A DNA stretch of 64,000 nt from Naegleria gruberi (Eukaryota), in the NCBI GenBank assembly GCA_000004985.1, contig GG738845.1; one strand, written 5' to 3'. A model generated the notes under the pieces. The model had not been told where the DNA came from. It saw only the letters and a program-made list of their open reading frames with translations, and made no database searches. Shown in pieces: positions 61,011-64,000 of this stretch (the stretch's first letter is position 1; each line of letters starts with the position of its first letter). The position numbers and the translations under genes were made by a program.

Positions 61011-61877
61011 ATGGCATCTAATGGCGTAATTTTTACAGAATTAAACACTTGTATGAAGTGGAATGATAAATATATTCCTGAAAATCAATTAATTTACGTT
61101 CGGGATGGAACTACAAGTTGTGATGGAGGCTTTCTTGTTCATCACTTTTTGAATTCTTTTATTAATCATGGAAAGAAAGTAACGCTGTGTTCTTTTAATC
61201 AATCCTTCTTTCACTACAATACAGTTGAATTAAAATTAAATATTAATTTGGAAAAGGAATCACAGGAAGGAAAATTTACATTTATTGATGCTCAACAATC
61301 TTTTGTAGATTCATCGGTGGAGACTGGAGATGACTTACTTTTATTTTCATCACCATTGTTAATTACAAAGACTACACCTGCCACAAGACCAACTTGTATT
61401 GTCAATTTAAAGCATAATAATAGTTTGGATGAATATTTGGCTAATTTATTTGAAATTTTAACTTGTGAGAAACAACAATCATCATGCATCATTTTGGATC
61501 ATGTTAATCCTCTATTACAATATTATTTTGATCAAGATGTCAATAGGAAATTGTTGAAATTTATTACCAAATTGAAGAAATTCTATTCGAATAATATTTC
61601 AATTATTGTCTTGATGCATAATCATCCAGCAGATGATGAAAATACTCAATTGACTAACATGTTTGAACACATGAGTGATATTGTTTATAGAGTGGGTCCA
61701 CTTCCAACAGGCTATTCAAAGGATGTTCACGGAAAAGTTGAATGCATTTCATATATTAATGACGGTACATTGGCAAGCTCAAAGAAAGCTTCTCTTCATT
61801 TCAAAACATTTGAATCAAAGGTTTCATTGTTTGCACCAGGTTCTGTTTCGGCTTCTCACGACACTTTCTTATTTTAA
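61011..61877 (+). CDS. ELP6: Elongator complex subunit ELP6 homolog
   Basis: GTTSCDGGFLVHHFLNSFINHGKKVTLCSFNQSFFHYNTVELKLNINLEKESQEGKFTFIDAQQSF aligns with human ELP6 (AKTDGSFLVHHFLSFYLKANCKVCFVALIQSFSHYSIVGQKLGVSLTMARERGQLVFLEGLKS). GYSKDVHGKVECISY aligns with GFCRDVHGQLRILWR. Confidence 0.65.
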   Translation: MASNGVIFTELNTCMKWNDKYIPENQLIYVRDGTTSCDGGFLVHHFLNSFINHGKKVTLCSFNQSFFHYNTVELKLNINLEKESQEGKFTFIDAQQSFVDSSVETGDDLLLFSSPLLITKTTPATRPTCIVNLKHNNSLDEYLANLFEILTCEKQQSSCIILDHVNPLLQYYFDQDVNRKLLKFITKLKKFYSNNISIIVLMHNHPADDENTQLTNMFEHMSDIVYRVGPLPTGYSKDVHGKVECISYINDGTLASSKKASLHFKTFESKVSLFAPGSVSASHDTFLF

Positions 61878-61965
61878 CTAAACATTATCTTTATTTTTCT
61901 GTTATTATTCCTTTCATTGAATTTAATTAGCGAAAAATTAACACAAATTACAAAGAAATCATGAT

Positions 61966-62847
61966 TTATCTTCTCTTCCCAAGAGTTGCTAAAGGTGTAT
62001 TCTTATACTCAACTGGTTGCCTTAATCCAGACTTTAAATGATCTTGGGTTAGAGAATGGGTAAAATCACCCCACATTTTGTTGTTCTTTGGTTGAGTTTC
62101 TTGTGGAACTGGGCTTGCAGCTTTGAGAGCGTCTGACCAACCTCCTGATTGTGTCATTGTACGAACTGCTGATTGCTTATCTGGAATGATAGCCTTAGAT
62201 GTTGTGAACATTTCTGAAGGAATGTGTGTACTGGTGGTAGAAGTTTCCGAAAGTTTTTGCTTTTCTGCAATCTCAGCAGCATAGGTTGTCTTGAAAGTGC
62301 TCATTAAATTCTTTTCATTTTCCTTCTCAATCATCCACTGTTGTTTCTTTTGTTCCACGAGACGAGATGGAGCATGATTTTCTTGGAGTCCTGGTTTGAT
62401 TGTTCTAATGGCCTGAATTGCTGAATCAGTTTTTAATGCTTGTTGTGGAGGTGCATAGGTGAGATTTGTCATGGAAACGTGACTTTGTTCATATCTATCA
62501 TCACCATGAACAAAGAGTATTTCCTTCTCAGTCTCTTTAGGAAGAATTGGTTCTTCTACTCTGTAGGCATCCTTCTTGAGATTTGTTGGGTGTTGGTACA
62601 TTATTTGATTAAGTGTGGCTGGAGTTTTTAAGAGATTTTCATAACCAGTATCATTTCTCAATTTATCTTGATAGTCGGAAGCATTTCTTTCTTCAATCCA
62701 ATTTTCAATTAATGTTCCATTATTGTAGAGGTTTTTATGACTGCTTAAACCAATTTGTTCCGATCTTAAGACTCTTTCCTTAGGTGGAAGATATTCTGTA
62801 ACAGACTTTAAAGTACCAGTTTGTTGATGTTGTCTTGTTTGTTCCAT
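61966..62847 (-). CDS. Hypothetical protein of 293 aa with repeated T-x-TY / TTY-type motifs. It may be a cilium/axoneme-associated protein, but that is a weak call.
   Basis: A complete ORF (MEQTRQHQQTGTLKSVTEYLPPKE...) containing MTNLTYAPP and FKTTYAAEIAEKQ motifs. These are reminiscent of the TTYxxxF repeats of axonemal microtubule-associated proteins. No firm homology. Confidence 0.4.
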   Translation of the reverse strand: MEQTRQHQQTGTLKSVTEYLPPKERVLRSEQIGLSSHKNLYNNGTLIENWIEERNASDYQDKLRNDTGYENLLKTPATLNQIMYQHPTNLKKDAYRVEEPILPKETEKEILFVHGDDRYEQSHVSMTNLTYAPPQQALKTDSAIQAIRTIKPGLQENHAPSRLVEQKKQQWMIEKENEKNLMSTFKTTYAAEIAEKQKLSETSTTSTHIPSEMFTTSKAIIPDKQSAVRTMTQSGGWSDALKAASPVPQETQPKNNKMWGDFTHSLTQDHLKSGLRQPVEYKNTPLATLGKRR

Positions 62848-63188
62848 TTTCTATATTGATGCTGATGATTCAGTGTTGTATTGTTATTGGGAGGTAAATT
62901 TACAAAATATTGGGGTGTTGTTTGTTCGTACTATTTTAAAACAAGAAAGAGAGATTTACTCAATACACTCTGATTGTTCTAATAATTATTATTCCGATAA
63001 TGATACTTCTCTATTTAAGATTTGAGAGAAGGTGTCTTGCTATTTTTTTTTAAATTTTGTTTCAATCCCTTTGAAAGCGTTTGAAAAACCTCCTTAACGT
63101 CTAGAACCGTAAATTTTGGCGCCAAACCGAAAGTACAGGTATCTTCATTATTATCAATAACAAATAATTAATTGGATGTCATATGTGT

Positions 63189-64000
63189 TTACATCTTTAC
63201 ATTGGAATGAAATGGTTTGATGTAAATATTTTCATCAATTCTCAAAATCATTTCACTAAATTCCAAAGCTCTATCCATTATTGAAACAATGAGATGACAT
63301 GGCTCAATAACACCACTCTTTAGTTGATTGGAGACTTGTTCATCCATTGAGACTCCAAAATATTGTTCATTTTTGATACTTCTCAATTTTGAAAGGACAA
63401 TTGAGGCATCGTAACCCATATTTGTTGATAATACTTTTGGAATAACTTCGAGAGCATTAGAGAATGCTTCCAGAATAAATTGTAATTGATTAGGATAATT
63501 CAATGTTCTAATATACTTGGAAATATCCATAAATGTAGCACCTCCACCAGGACACACTTGTTCTGTATGATTTAATATTCCCATACAGTCCTGAATACTT
63601 CGTTGGATTTCATTGGATATTTCAGAATTAGGGCTTGAAATTTTGATAGTATTCCAAATATACTTGGCATGATTCTGAGAATTCGATAAAATCTCCAAAT
63701 GGTAGTTTCCATTGTCGACACTGGTTAGGTTAATTTCATCCAAATAGCCACAATTATTGTATCCACTCGAAATGATACTATTACCAATGATTGAAAGAAC
63801 CTCTGCCGATTTGAAATCAACAAATCCAACACAGAGAACATTCTTGTGTTTTAAATATTCTTGAACAATTTTGTGAATTCCAATACCAACATTGAATATC
63901 ACGTTGATATTCAATTCATTAATTAAATAGTCACAAAGTTCTGTCAGTTTTTTGTACTCGTTTTCTAAATTTGATTGACTAACTCTAAATATTTTAGAAA
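63189..64000 (-). CDS. Divergent group II chaperonin-like protein (TCP-1/CCT family fold), 3' portion. The 5' part lies beyond the right edge of the window.
   Basis: The reading frame is open from 64000 down to the stop at 63189. It contains VCPGGGATFMDISKYIRT, with the GGGA motif being the Cpn60/TCP-1 equatorial-domain signature, about 110 aa before the C-terminus as in CCT subunits. It is much more divergent than canonical CCT1-8. Confidence 0.45.
   Translation of the reverse strand, partial: SKIFRVSQSNLENEYKKLTELCDYLINELNINVIFNVGIGIHKIVQEYLKHKNVLCVGFVDFKSAEVLSIIGNSIISSGYNNCGYLDEINLTSVDNGNYHLEILSNSQNHAKYIWNTIKISSPNSEISNEIQRSIQDCMGILNHTEQVCPGGGATFMDISKYIRTLNYPNQLQFILEAFSNALEVIPKVLSTNMGYDASIVLSKLRSIKNEQYFGVSMDEQVSNQLKSGVIEPCHLIVSIMDRALEFSEMILRIDENIYIKPFHSNVKM

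Noticed and set aside
1-64000. Prokaryotic-style features (operons, RBS, CRISPR arrays, rho-independent terminators, defence islands)
   Set aside because: The sequence is clearly eukaryotic. It has spliceosomal introns, a tRNA intron, TAF13, Sec10, ELP6, exocyst and BBS genes, and A-rich Kozak-like starts. No direct-repeat/spacer arrays or bacterial gene signatures were seen.
63189-64000. Calling the chaperonin-like gene a BBS6/10/12 ortholog
   Set aside because: Only about 270 residues are in the window and the similarity is limited to generic TCP-1 features. This is kept as a hypothesis in the findings, not as an annotation.

Overview
This window is eukaryotic nuclear DNA, not prokaryotic. 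It is compact, at roughly one gene per 2 kb, and about 65-70% A+T. Start codons sit in A-rich context (aaaaaATG) and the genetic code is standard, with genes ending in TAA or TAG. Introns are few and very short, 29-76 nt in the cases I could resolve, with GTAAGT/GTATGT donors and (A)ATAG/TTAG acceptors. The supplied ORF track treats TTG and GTG as start codons, so several of its N-termini are artefacts; I re-called starts at the first ATG with A-rich context. Fused ORF pairs show that at least nine genes are split by these short introns.

I can support about 30 protein genes and one intron-containing tRNA-Leu. The main calls are:
- a Lys2-type alpha-aminoadipate reductase (adenylation, thiolation and reductase domains, abbreviated A-T-R below)
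- an ABCG half-transporter fused to a roughly 900-aa N-terminal ectodomain with GCC2/GCC3-like CxxGxYC repeats
- a tandem pair of GT10 alpha-1,3-fucosyltransferases
- a 2689-aa EGF/laminin-EGF type I membrane protein carrying a very recent ~0.8-kb internal tandem duplication
- ARL6/BBS3, which implies a ciliated or flagellated organism
- a RAD51 paralog next to a 1311-aa protein whose C-terminus resembles the OB fold and zinc ribbon of RPA70 DBD-C
- a ClpB-D2-like AAA+ protein with a degenerate Walker B motif
- housekeeping genes: Sec10/EXOC5, ELP6, TAF13, DEN1/SENP8, a monothiol glutaredoxin (Grx5-like), pyridoxal kinase, misato/DML1, a MARCH-type RING-CH E3 ligase, an SLC35-like transporter, an actin-like protein, a TLDc-domain protein, DUF4116 repeat genes, and a partial chaperonin-like gene at the right edge.

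A Lys2-based lysine pathway together with cilium genes and very short introns points to an AT-rich flagellated protist or zoosporic-fungus-like lineage. I cannot name the organism from sequence alone. All coordinates carry about +/-2 nt uncertainty because I indexed by hand.
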